From sequence record DRR378314_2666: a stretch of 48,273 nucleotides of DNA. One strand, 5' to 3'. Within the stretch, counting starts at the first letter, position 1, and every line of letters begins with the position of its first letter. The notes under the pieces are model-generated. The model was not told where the DNA came from. It was given only the letters and a program-made list of their open reading frames with translations, and searched no databases. Of this stretch, positions 9,356 through 18,167 are shown piece by piece. The position numbers and the translations under genes are program-made.

Positions 9356-9748
9356 ATGAGCGATTTTTCTAATGCACTTAGTATCTCGTCAAGTGGTTTG
9401 CGCGCACAGGCGGCCCGGCTGCGCCACCTGTCCGAAAACATCTCGAATGCGGATACGCCGGGATATCGACGCAAGACCATCTCTTTCGAGACAGAGGTGT
9501 CAGGACGTTCCGATGCCGGTGAAGTCAGGCCCGGGCGGGTGCGATTGGACAAGTCCGAGCTGGAGAAAATTCACGACCCGACCCATCCGATGGCGGATGA
9601 CACAGGGCATTACGACGGATCAAACGTCGATCTGTTGATTGAACTGGCCGACGCGCGCGAGGCGCAGCGCAGCTACGAGGCAAACCTCAAAGTTTTTGAA
9701 CAGACCCGAAAGATGTCGTCGGGACTTATGGACCTGTTGAGACGGTAA
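9356..9748 (+). CDS. flgC: Flagellar basal-body rod protein FlgC
   Basis: 'SGLRAQAARL...ENISNADTPGY...HDPTHP...SNVD...RSYEAN'. Confidence 0.95.
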   Translation: MSDFSNALSISSSGLRAQAARLRHLSENISNADTPGYRRKTISFETEVSGRSDAGEVRPGRVRLDKSELEKIHDPTHPMADDTGHYDGSNVDLLIELADAREAQRSYEANLKVFEQTRKMSSGLMDLLRR

Positions 9749-9788
9749 AACCGGCTGAGCAGATCATTCACAGCAAAGGAGATCCAGA

Positions 9789-10076
9789 ATGAAGATCAAA
9801 GGACTTTCAGTTGCACAGAAATATGCGGCAGCACGGCCCGCGACAGAACCAGAAGAACATGTGGGCGTATTAAACGCGGCGAAAAATGTCGCGCTTGATT
9901 TCGCCACAGCATTGGCCGAGGGAGAGGAAACCGCCAAAGCCGCGATGATCGGCAATGCGGATCCTCATTCTCTGGTAACTGCCTTGGCGCAGACGGAACT
10001 GGTGGTCGAAACCGCAGTGACCGTGCGCAACAAGGTGGTCGAGGCCTATCAGGAAATCCTGAGGATGCCTGTCTGA
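9789..10076 (+). CDS. fliE: Flagellar hook-basal body protein FliE
   Basis: C-terminal 'VRNKVVEAYQEILRMPV'. Confidence 0.95.
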   Translation: MKIKGLSVAQKYAAARPATEPEEHVGVLNAAKNVALDFATALAEGEETAKAAMIGNADPHSLVTALAQTELVVETAVTVRNKVVEAYQEILRMPV

Positions 10077-10345
10077 TGATGGATGAGGTGCTGTTCTTTG
10101 ACACGCTCAGGCAGGGGTTGTGGGTTGGCTTGATCATCTCACTTCCGATCCTGACGGTGGCGCTGCTGGCTGGTGTTTCCATCGGCTTGATACAGGCATT
10201 GACCTCCATTCAGGAGATGACGCTGACCTTTGTGCCAAAGCTGGCGGCGATTGGTGCCATTTTCTGGCTTTCAATGGGATACATGACCCAGACTTTGGTG
10301 TCGTTTTTCCATGATCGCATCATCCCGCTTGTGATCGGAGGATAG
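10076..10345 (+). CDS. fliQ: Flagellar export protein FliQ
   Basis: 'IQALTSIQEMTLTFVPKL'; 89 aa with two TM segments. Confidence 0.95.
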   Translation: MMDEVLFFDTLRQGLWVGLIISLPILTVALLAGVSIGLIQALTSIQEMTLTFVPKLAAIGAIFWLSMGYMTQTLVSFFHDRIIPLVIGG

Positions 10346-10346
10346 A

Positions 10347-11057
10347 ATGGAGCATGCCGGATACACGACGTTAAGCCGCCAATCAGGGCTCGCACGGGAA
10401 ATGCAAATTGTCGCAAATAACATTGCCAATGCTGCGACCACCGGCTTCCGGTCAGAGGGGCTGATTTTCTCCGAATATGTCAAACCGATGGAACGGGGTG
10501 CCTCCCTGTCTATGGGGCAGGGCAACGTGCGCAACACCTCATTTGTGCAGGGCGCATTGACCCAAACCAACGGCACCTTTGATCTTGCTATTGAGGGGGA
10601 TGGTTTCTTTCTCGTGCAAACGCCGGGTGGTGAGCGATTGACGCGTTCTGGTGCCTTCTCACCTTCGGCGGAAGGTGATCTTGTCACCTATGACGGGTAT
10701 CGTGTGCTGGATGCAGGTGGTGCGCCCATCTTTGTGCCACAGGGTGCGGATATTGCCATCTCATCTGACGGTACCCTTAGCGCTGATGGTAATCCACTGG
10801 GCCAAGTTGGGCTGGTCCGCCCGGTGGAGGGGGGCGAAATGATCCGTGAGGATGGCGTGATGTTTCGCGTGGATGCGGGAACTGAACCCTCGGATACAGC
10901 CAGAGTTTTGCAAGGCTTTGTCGAAAATTCCAATGTGAATCCCATCGCACAGATTGCCCGCATGATCGAGGTGCAGCGCGCTTATGAGCTGGGCCAGAGC
11001 TTTTTGAAAACCGAGGATGAACGGATTCGAACGGCGATGAAATCTTTGATGACTTAA
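10347..11057 (+). CDS. flgF: Flagellar basal-body rod protein FlgF
   Basis: 'ANNIANAATTGF', 'DLAIEGDGFF', 'ENSNVN', 'QRAYE'; precedes flgG. Confidence 0.9.
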   Translation: MEHAGYTTLSRQSGLAREMQIVANNIANAATTGFRSEGLIFSEYVKPMERGASLSMGQGNVRNTSFVQGALTQTNGTFDLAIEGDGFFLVQTPGGERLTRSGAFSPSAEGDLVTYDGYRVLDAGGAPIFVPQGADIAISSDGTLSADGNPLGQVGLVRPVEGGEMIREDGVMFRVDAGTEPSDTARVLQGFVENSNVNPIAQIARMIEVQRAYELGQSFLKTEDERIRTAMKSLMT

Positions 11058-11076
11058 CCTGAAATAGGAGCGTTTT

Positions 11077-11862
11077 ATGCGTGCCCTGAAAATAGCTGCC
11101 ACCGGTATGATGGCGCAACAAATGCGGGTTGAAACGATTTCGAACAACCTGTCGAACATGTCCACCACCGGCTATAATGCCCGCCGGGCAGAATTTGCCG
11201 ATCTACACTACCAGCAAATGTCGCGGGCCGGGGCGATCAATGCCTCGGATGGAACGGTATTGCCAACCGGTGTCCAATTGGGGCTGGGTGTGCGCCCTGC
11301 TGCGATCTCGGTACAGCTTGCCCAAGGCGGGCTTTCACCCACGGGCGGTGATCTGGATGTTGCGATCAACGGTAAAGGGTTTCTTGAGGTGACGCTGCCG
11401 TCGGGCCAGACGGCCTATACCCGGGATGGCGGGTTGAAGCGCACGGGCGAGGGGCTGATCGTTACCTCGGACGGTTATCCGGTTGCGCCAGAAATTGTGA
11501 TCCCGGACGATGCTCGCAACATTTCAATCAACCTTGACGGAGAGGTGTACGCCTATTTCGAAGATAACGCGGCGGGGCAGTTACTGGGTCAATTCAATTT
11601 GACCGGGTTTTCCAATGCCAAGGGTCTTGAGGCGCTGGGCGGTAACCTGTTTTCTGAAACCGAAGCTTCTGGACCGCCACAAATCTCTACGCCGGGCATT
11701 GATGGTCTGGGCACACTCAGACAGGGGTATCTTGAGGACAGCTCTGTAGATGCAGTCCGTGAAATCACAGAGCTCATCGAGGCCCAACGCGGCTATGAGA
11801 TGAACGCCAAAGTCATTTCAGCTGCCGATCAGATGATGGGCGCAACGACGCAGGTGCGGTGA
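11077..11862 (+). CDS. flgG: Flagellar distal rod protein FlgG
   Basis: 'AATGMMAQQ...SNNLSNMSTTGY...F.DLHYQ', 'YTRDG', 'AQRGYEMNAKVI'. Confidence 0.96.
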   Translation: MRALKIAATGMMAQQMRVETISNNLSNMSTTGYNARRAEFADLHYQQMSRAGAINASDGTVLPTGVQLGLGVRPAAISVQLAQGGLSPTGGDLDVAINGKGFLEVTLPSGQTAYTRDGGLKRTGEGLIVTSDGYPVAPEIVIPDDARNISINLDGEVYAYFEDNAAGQLLGQFNLTGFSNAKGLEALGGNLFSETEASGPPQISTPGIDGLGTLRQGYLEDSSVDAVREITELIEAQRGYEMNAKVISAADQMMGATTQVR

Positions 11863-12278
11863 TGGCGCGCTGGATCCTTTTGACAGGGTTGCTGGCGCTA
11901 CCGGCATGGGCTGACGGCGTGGTGCCCACCCGCACCATTCGGGCCGCCGCGATCATTCTGGAAACGGATGTCACGTTGCGCGCAGGTTTGCAAAACAGCG
12001 GTTACATGCGCCTTTCCGATGTGGTTGGGCAAGAGGCGCGCGTTGCGCTTTATCCCGGCAGACCGATTGGAATTGACGACATCGGCCCCCCCGCAATCGT
12101 GCGTCGGAACCAGCTGGTCAAAGTCTCTTTTTCCACAAGCGGTTTGCAAATCGTCACCGAGGGGCGTGCGCTTGAACGCGGTGCCATCGGTGACCGTGTC
12201 CGCGTCATGAACCTGTCTTCCCGCGCCACTGTTTTTGGCCAAGTGCAGCCTGACGGCAGCATAAATGTCAGCCAATAG
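11862..12278 (+). CDS. flgA: P-ring formation chaperone FlgA
   Basis: Signal peptide, SAF-like region, 'EGRALERGAIGDRVRVMNLSS'. Confidence 0.92.
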   Translation: MARWILLTGLLALPAWADGVVPTRTIRAAAIILETDVTLRAGLQNSGYMRLSDVVGQEARVALYPGRPIGIDDIGPPAIVRRNQLVKVSFSTSGLQIVTEGRALERGAIGDRVRVMNLSSRATVFGQVQPDGSINVSQ

Positions 12279-12288
12279 GAGCCTCCCC

Positions 12289-13014
12289 ATGAAGATTTTC
12301 ACCGCTATCACGCTTGTGTTAATGCTGCTTTCGGCCTGTTCAAGCACAAACCAAATCGGAAAACCGCCATCCTTTAATCCGTCGATCGAAACGGTTGAGC
12401 ATTCGGCCATGATCAATCCCGGCCTGCCCTTGAAAGTTGACGAAAAACGTTTGGTCGACCGGGCGTCGCTTTGGTCAGGTACGCGGCAGTCTCTTTTGGG
12501 GGACAGGCGGGCCTTGCAACGCGGGGATATCCTGACGGTCGTTGTGGATGTGGATGAAAAGGCCGAAATTTCTAACGCCTCAGATCGTTCCCGCTCAGGT
12601 TCAGAAGATTTTGGCGTGCCGGAGTTTATTGGCTTTCCGCAGCGGTTGGGAAACCGGTTTCCCGGTGCCAATCCTGACAGTTTGATCGGGATCAACACCT
12701 CGTCATCCTCTGGCGGCGACGGGTCGGTCAAACGCAAGGAAAAACTCACCTTGAGGGTGGCTGCGACGGTTGTTGACGTACTGCCGAATGGCGTGCTGTC
12801 GATCTCCGGTTCGCAGGAGTTGCGGGTAAACTTCGAACTGCGCGAGCTTTTGGTGACTGGCTATGTGCGACCCGCAGATATCTCGCGTCAGAACGAAATT
12901 ACCTATGACAAAATCGCTTCTGCGCGGGTGTCCTATGGCGGGCGGGGACAGATCACGGATGTACAGCAGCCAAGATATGGTCAGCAAATTCTAGACGCTG
13001 TTCTGCCTTTCTAG
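12289..13014 (+). CDS. flgH: Flagellar L-ring lipoprotein FlgH
   Basis: Lipobox LSAC; 'GDILTV', 'VLPNGVL', 'GYVRPADI', 'IASARVSYGGRG'; AGGAG RBS before 12289. Confidence 0.96.
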   Translation: MKIFTAITLVLMLLSACSSTNQIGKPPSFNPSIETVEHSAMINPGLPLKVDEKRLVDRASLWSGTRQSLLGDRRALQRGDILTVVVDVDEKAEISNASDRSRSGSEDFGVPEFIGFPQRLGNRFPGANPDSLIGINTSSSSGGDGSVKRKEKLTLRVAATVVDVLPNGVLSISGSQELRVNFELRELLVTGYVRPADISRQNEITYDKIASARVSYGGRGQITDVQQPRYGQQILDAVLPF

Positions 13015-13024
13015 GGAATATGAA

Positions 13025-13528
13025 ATGTTGAAGAAAATCCTGCCAATTGTGTTTTTGCTTATCGGTTCGGGTGTGGGGGTTGGGGCCGGTATGGCTCTGC
13101 GCCCTGTGCCCGAAGTGGTTGAAGAGGAAATGCCGGATGCAGAAAAGGCAGCAAAAGCGGAGGTGCAAGAGGAGCCACATGGCCCGGACAATCCAGCCCC
13201 GGAAATGGATTACGTCAAGTTGAACAATCAATTTGTTGTTCCGATTGTGAAGGACCGCGTCGTGGTGGCGCTTGTGGTTCTTGCGCTAAGCTTGGAAGTG
13301 CCGCTCGGCAGTAAGGAAGCGGTATTCCGGCGTGAGCCAAAGCTGCGCGACAGCTTTCTGCAAGTGCTGTTTGATCATGCGAATATCGGTGGTTTTGACG
13401 GGGCGTTTACCGAAGCAAACAACCTGGGTGTGTTGCGCAATGCGCTGCGGGAAGTGGGGCAAAAAGAAATGGGGGTTGAGGTAATCAAAGATGTGTTGAT
13501 ACTTGAAATCGCGCGTCAGGATTATTGA
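13025..13528 (+). CDS. fliL: FliL family basal-body-associated protein (paralog 1)
   Basis: N-terminal TM, 'QFVVPIV', 'EPKLRDSFLQVL'. Confidence 0.8.
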   Translation: MLKKILPIVFLLIGSGVGVGAGMALRPVPEVVEEEMPDAEKAAKAEVQEEPHGPDNPAPEMDYVKLNNQFVVPIVKDRVVVALVVLALSLEVPLGSKEAVFRREPKLRDSFLQVLFDHANIGGFDGAFTEANNLGVLRNALREVGQKEMGVEVIKDVLILEIARQDY

Positions 13529-13944
13529 TCCGTCACTTTTGACTTCTGCAGGGCCAGATCAATTGCCGTCTGCAGCCTGGCCTTTGCCGCTTTTTTGCGC
13601 CGCGTTTTCTTTTCACTCCCAATCAGTTCTTGTAAGGCGACAACCTTGCCAAAGGCTTTTCGTACTTTGTCCTGTTCATGTTCCTTGATCGCGAGAACAC
13701 GGGCCAATTGCATATTAAGCGCTGATTGCGAACGGCTGAGCCATCCTTGCCATAACACATCCGCCCCGATGGCCCGCATATTGGAAACAGGATCATTTTC
13801 AATATCGGTTGCTTGATCAAGGCTTTTGAGACGCCGCAGTTCCTGGCGCAATGTGCTCTCTTCAGCGACAACTTTGGCAAAGACCTGCCTTTGGTGATCG
13901 TATTGCGCGGTACTGACCATCAGCAGCTGTTCCAAGTCGGTCAT
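13522..13944 (-). CDS. Conserved flagellar hypothetical, coiled-coil, possibly FliJ-like
   Basis: 140 aa helical protein; start overlaps the flhB stop (ATGA). Confidence 0.65.
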   Translation of the reverse strand: MTDLEQLLMVSTAQYDHQRQVFAKVVAEESTLRQELRRLKSLDQATDIENDPVSNMRAIGADVLWQGWLSRSQSALNMQLARVLAIKEHEQDKVRKAFGKVVALQELIGSEKKTRRKKAAKARLQTAIDLALQKSKVTDQ

Positions 13945-15026
13945 ACTTTTCCTTTCGCACGCTGGCGCATGGATTCAGCAAAGCGGATTGCAGCAGCAAC
14001 CGCACGGTAGAAATCCGGAGCGATTTCCTCGCCAATTTCGGTTGTCGCATGTAAAGACCGGGCGGTTGGTGGATCACTGTGGATCGGCACAGCTGCCTCT
14101 TGCGCTGCCTCGCGGATGGCTTTTGCAATTTCATCCACGCCTTTGGCGACACAGATTGGTGCCTCGTTTGGCCGTCTGCTCCAGGTCAGGGCCACGGCAT
14201 AATGGGTCGGGTTCACGATCACCACATCCGCCTTCGGAACATCGGCCATCATCTGGTTCTGCGATACCGACAAGGCACGTTGCCGGCGCTCCTGTTTCAT
14301 ATGAGGATCGCCTTCTGCATTCTTGGTTTCGTCGGCAATCTCTTTGTGAGACATCATGTTTTTGCGTAGGTGAGCAAAATGTTGATACATTGCGTCCACC
14401 GCACCAATGGCACCGGAGATCAGGACGGTCACAAAAAGAAAGGTGATGCAAAGCTCCGCAAGCAGTTGCAAAACCAGATGTGGAGAGGTTTGCAGGACTC
14501 CAATCATATCGGCCATACGGCTTTTGATGAAGAGGGCAAGCACAACCGAATATAGCGTCAATTTGGTGAAGCTCTTGAGCCATTCAAATAACCCGTCCCG
14601 CCCAAATTTGTTTTTGGCATTTGACAGGATCGAAATGCGGGAGAGTTTCGGGGCGAGTTTACTGGGTGCAAAAACCCAGGCGCGTTGTGTAAAAACGGTC
14701 AGAATGACGGCGGCAGCAGGTAAGGCAAACAATGGGCCGAAACCAAAGGCAATCGGCAATATCATACCGGCCATAGGTGCGCGCGCATCGTCGCTGAAAA
14801 ACAATGGGGCAAGGGTGCCGGCCTGATCGATCATGACCATCAATGATGTGCCCGCCTGACGGATGCCGCTGGCCCCAGCCATAAGAAGGGCAAGCAAAAG
14901 CCCGGCATAAGATGCGGCGGTCAACAGGTCGGTTGATTTTGCAATATCCCCTTTCTTGCGCGCCTCCAGTAGTTTCTGCGGCGTTGCGTCAAAGGTCTTT
15001 GAGGCGTTGTCTTCCTGCCCGCTCAT
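13941..15026 (-). CDS. flhB: Flagellar export switch protein FlhB
   Basis: 'ARKKGDI', 'EGDPH', autocleavage 'NPTH', 'AKGVD'. ATG at 15026 overlaps the fliR stop. Confidence 0.96.
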   Translation of the reverse strand: MSGQEDNASKTFDATPQKLLEARKKGDIAKSTDLLTAASYAGLLLALLMAGASGIRQAGTSLMVMIDQAGTLAPLFFSDDARAPMAGMILPIAFGFGPLFALPAAAVILTVFTQRAWVFAPSKLAPKLSRISILSNAKNKFGRDGLFEWLKSFTKLTLYSVVLALFIKSRMADMIGVLQTSPHLVLQLLAELCITFLFVTVLISGAIGAVDAMYQHFAHLRKNMMSHKEIADETKNAEGDPHMKQERRQRALSVSQNQMMADVPKADVVIVNPTHYAVALTWSRRPNEAPICVAKGVDEIAKAIREAAQEAAVPIHSDPPTARSLHATTEIGEEIAPDFYRAVAAAIRFAESMRQRAKGKV

Positions 15027-15796
15027 TTTGGTATCCAATAGGGATTGGCAAGATAGCTGTCCAATGCCCCCAGCCAGCGTTCCAGCATGAATGGCGATGC
15101 AAGAAGAAGCACCAGCAGACCACCGGCGGTAATCAGTGGCGCGCCGACAAAGGCGACCATAAGCTGTGGCATCGCCTTGTTGATGACGCCAAGCGCCAGA
15201 TTATAGACGACCGATAATATGACAAAGGGCGCCGCAAGCGTAAATGACAGGGCAAAGGCCTCTGCCACCTTGGACACGCCCCATTCCGAAATAATCTGCG
15301 CACCGGGAAATTGACCCATCGGCAGCATTTCATATGACAGGATGACCAATGCGGCAGCCTTGACATGAAGGCCAGACATCACCGCCAATGCGATCCCACC
15401 GATGATCAGAATATAGCCCATGGCTGGCAGTGGATCCGCGGCAGCGCCGCCAAGAATTTGGGAAAGGGATGTGGATTGCGCTGCGATTGAACCCGCAGTT
15501 TGCAACGCTAGAATAAACAGCCGAATACCAATGCCAAGCGTCAGCCCGGCCACGGTTTCAGTACCAATCAAAAGGGTCAAGGCGTCAAACCCCATGGGCA
15601 TTGCAAAGCCGGGCACAGCGGGTGCGATGATCAGCACAAAGCACAATATGATCACCAGTTTGACTCGCGCGGGCACCGTACGCTCGCCAAATGCGGGCAG
15701 CATGGAGACAATTGGAGCGACCCGTAGAAAAACCGCGAGGCCATGCCAGAGATACCGGTTTGCGATGTCCAAAAGCTCTGCCAGGGCGGGTGTCAT
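15023..15796 (-). CDS. fliR: Flagellar export protein FliR
   Basis: Polytopic; 'FLRV...PAFGE...PARVK', 'GVINKAMPQLMVAFVG'. Confidence 0.94.
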   Translation of the reverse strand: MTPALAELLDIANRYLWHGLAVFLRVAPIVSMLPAFGERTVPARVKLVIILCFVLIIAPAVPGFAMPMGFDALTLLIGTETVAGLTLGIGIRLFILALQTAGSIAAQSTSLSQILGGAAADPLPAMGYILIIGGIALAVMSGLHVKAAALVILSYEMLPMGQFPGAQIISEWGVSKVAEAFALSFTLAAPFVILSVVYNLALGVINKAMPQLMVAFVGAPLITAGGLLVLLLASPFMLERWLGALDSYLANPYWIPK

Positions 15797-17877
15797 GCCG
15801 CGATCACCCCGACCAGAGAGGGCCGTGCATCAAGGCCGATTTCCTCAAAGGACAGCACAGGTGTTGAAATTCCCCTGGCCTGCATCACCGTTCGCAAAAA
15901 CCGCCGCCGCCGGGTGTTGGTCACCAAAGCGGGATAGATACCATTGTTCCCCGCATCATTTAATTTTTCTGAAGCGCGTTCCGCCAGTTGATTGAACAAT
16001 TCAGGCGGCAAGGCGATGTCAAATCCGCGGTCGCTTTCGACCTGATAGGTGGCGAATGTATCCTCCCACTCGGGGGCAAGCTGGATCAGGGGCAAGGTCC
16101 CATCAGCCCGCCGCATCTCTGCCACCAATTGAAACCCAAGGCGTTGTCGCACATGTTCGCAGATGGCTTCCGGCTGGGCATTTTGGCCACGCGCCTCGGC
16201 AACAGCCTCAAGGATAAGCGGCAGGTTACGAATAGAGACCTGTTCATCAAGCAAGAGGCGCAAAACCGTGTGCAGGACATCAATCGGCACCTTATCGGGG
16301 ATCATTTCATCCAATAGTTTACGGTTCGCCTCGGCCCGCACCGGGTTGGAAATATTGGACATTTCGTTCAATGTACGCCGTAGGGATTTCAGGCTAAGCA
16401 ACCTGCTGAAATTGCTTTTGACCACCTCCAGCAGATGGGTTGCAAGAATTTCCGTTGGGGTGACAAGGGTAACACCGGCAAGTACAGCTGTTTCCTGATC
16501 CTTGCTATTGATCCATCTTGCGGGGGCACCATAGACCGGTTCGGTCGTATCTGTTCCGTTTGGCAGGGCATTGCTGTCTTCCGGGGCAAGGGCAAGAATC
16601 TGATCCGGGTTTAACTCTGCACGGGCCTGTTCGACACCTTGAATGCGGATCACATAGGTGCCTGGCCCCAGCGCAGAATTATCGGTCAACCGGATCTCTG
16701 GCAGAATAAGTCCAAAAACCGAGGCCACATGATTGCGCATCTTTGAAATACGTGAATCCAATCCTGTGCCGGGGTCCAGAACCATATTGACCAGATCCGG
16801 TGCAAATTCCACATGGATATCGTCCAGCTCCAATATATCACCCATTGATTTTTCCGGCGGTAAACTGTCGGCAGGATCAGTGGTGGGAATCTCTGTCTTT
16901 GCCCGTTTGGCGTTGCGATAGGTGATATATGCCGCGACAGACAGACCCAGGCCCCCGATCATAAAGGGCATAAAGGGCAGCCCTGGAAACATGCCAAATG
17001 CCAGCATCAGAACGGCCACGGTGGCCAAGGCAGACGGGTGTTTGCCCAGCTGGCTAAACACCGCAAGGTCCGTCGCCCCCTGGGCACCTCCGCGCGCCAG
17101 CAGCAGGGCGGATGCAATCGAGATGATCACCGCGGGAATCTGCGAGACCAGACCATCACCCACAGTGAGAATGGCATAGGTTTCGAAAGCCGCGCCAAGG
17201 GGCATGTTGTGTACGACAATCCCCATGATCAACCCGGCGACAAGGTTCAACAGCGTGATCAGCAAGCCCGCAATGGCATCCCCTTTGACAAATTTAGAAG
17301 CACCATCAAGCGAGCCGAAAAAGGTTGTTTCCAGCTGTTCGCGTTCGCGCCGGTCTCTGGCCTGTTCATGGGTGATGGCCCCGGCCGCCATATCGCTGTC
17401 GATCGCCATCTGCTTGCCCGGCATCCCGTCCAGGGCAAACCGTGCGCCGACCTCAGCCATACGTGTGGCACCCTTGTTGATGACCATAAAATTCACAATC
17501 AACAGAACGCAGAACACCACAAGCCCCAGAAAGACAGATCCGCCCATCACAAATTGTGCAAAGCTTTCAATGACATCTCCGGCAGCATTGGTGCCGGTGT
17601 GCCCCTCGCCGATGATCAGCTTGGTCGAGGATACGTTCAGGGACAATCGCAACATCAGCGACGCCAGAAGGATCGTAGGAAAGGCGGAAAAATCCAAGGG
17701 TCGTTCGATGAACAGCGTGACCGTAAAGATCAGGATTGCCAGTGCAAATGAAAGCGCCAGACCAGCATCCAAGACCCAAGCTGGCATCGGCAGGATCATC
17801 ATCACAATCACCGCCATCAGCGCAACAGCGAGCAGGATTGTGGGGCTGAAAAGATTGTGCGCCGAAAGCGGTTTCAA
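15793..17877 (-). CDS. flhA: Flagellar export gate protein FlhA
   Basis: 'RMAEVGARFALDGMPGKQMAID', 'FFGSLDGASKFVKGDAIAG', 'GDGLVSQIPA'; TTG start with GGAG upstream. Confidence 0.97.
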   Translation of the reverse strand: MKPLSAHNLFSPTILLAVALMAVIVMMILPMPAWVLDAGLALSFALAILIFTVTLFIERPLDFSAFPTILLASLMLRLSLNVSSTKLIIGEGHTGTNAAGDVIESFAQFVMGGSVFLGLVVFCVLLIVNFMVINKGATRMAEVGARFALDGMPGKQMAIDSDMAAGAITHEQARDRREREQLETTFFGSLDGASKFVKGDAIAGLLITLLNLVAGLIMGIVVHNMPLGAAFETYAILTVGDGLVSQIPAVIISIASALLLARGGAQGATDLAVFSQLGKHPSALATVAVLMLAFGMFPGLPFMPFMIGGLGLSVAAYITYRNAKRAKTEIPTTDPADSLPPEKSMGDILELDDIHVEFAPDLVNMVLDPGTGLDSRISKMRNHVASVFGLILPEIRLTDNSALGPGTYVIRIQGVEQARAELNPDQILALAPEDSNALPNGTDTTEPVYGAPARWINSKDQETAVLAGVTLVTPTEILATHLLEVVKSNFSRLLSLKSLRRTLNEMSNISNPVRAEANRKLLDEMIPDKVPIDVLHTVLRLLLDEQVSIRNLPLILEAVAEARGQNAQPEAICEHVRQRLGFQLVAEMRRADGTLPLIQLAPEWEDTFATYQVESDRGFDIALPPELFNQLAERASEKLNDAGNNGIYPALVTNTRRRRFLRTVMQARGISTPVLSFEEIGLDARPSLVGVIAA

Positions 17878-18167
17878 CGTCTAACACTCCGCGTGATAAG
17901 TGAAATTGCGACCTGTCGTTTTGGGCCTGTTGGCCAGAAATGGGTCAATGCACTCTTGCCTGGAAAGGGGTGTTTCACGAAACCGCTGATCGATTTCGCT
18001 GCACCTCCTTGCGAGGCCTTCAAAGGCCAAGCCGAAGAGAGGTCGTCGGTTTTTTTGCATTCTGCATCTCTCCAAATCACCTTCAATGATGGGAGGACGC
18101 TACTCAGGCTTCCTTTATTAAGCGTAACTTTTACGCGGTTGCCACGCAGTTTTGCCGGATTGTCATG

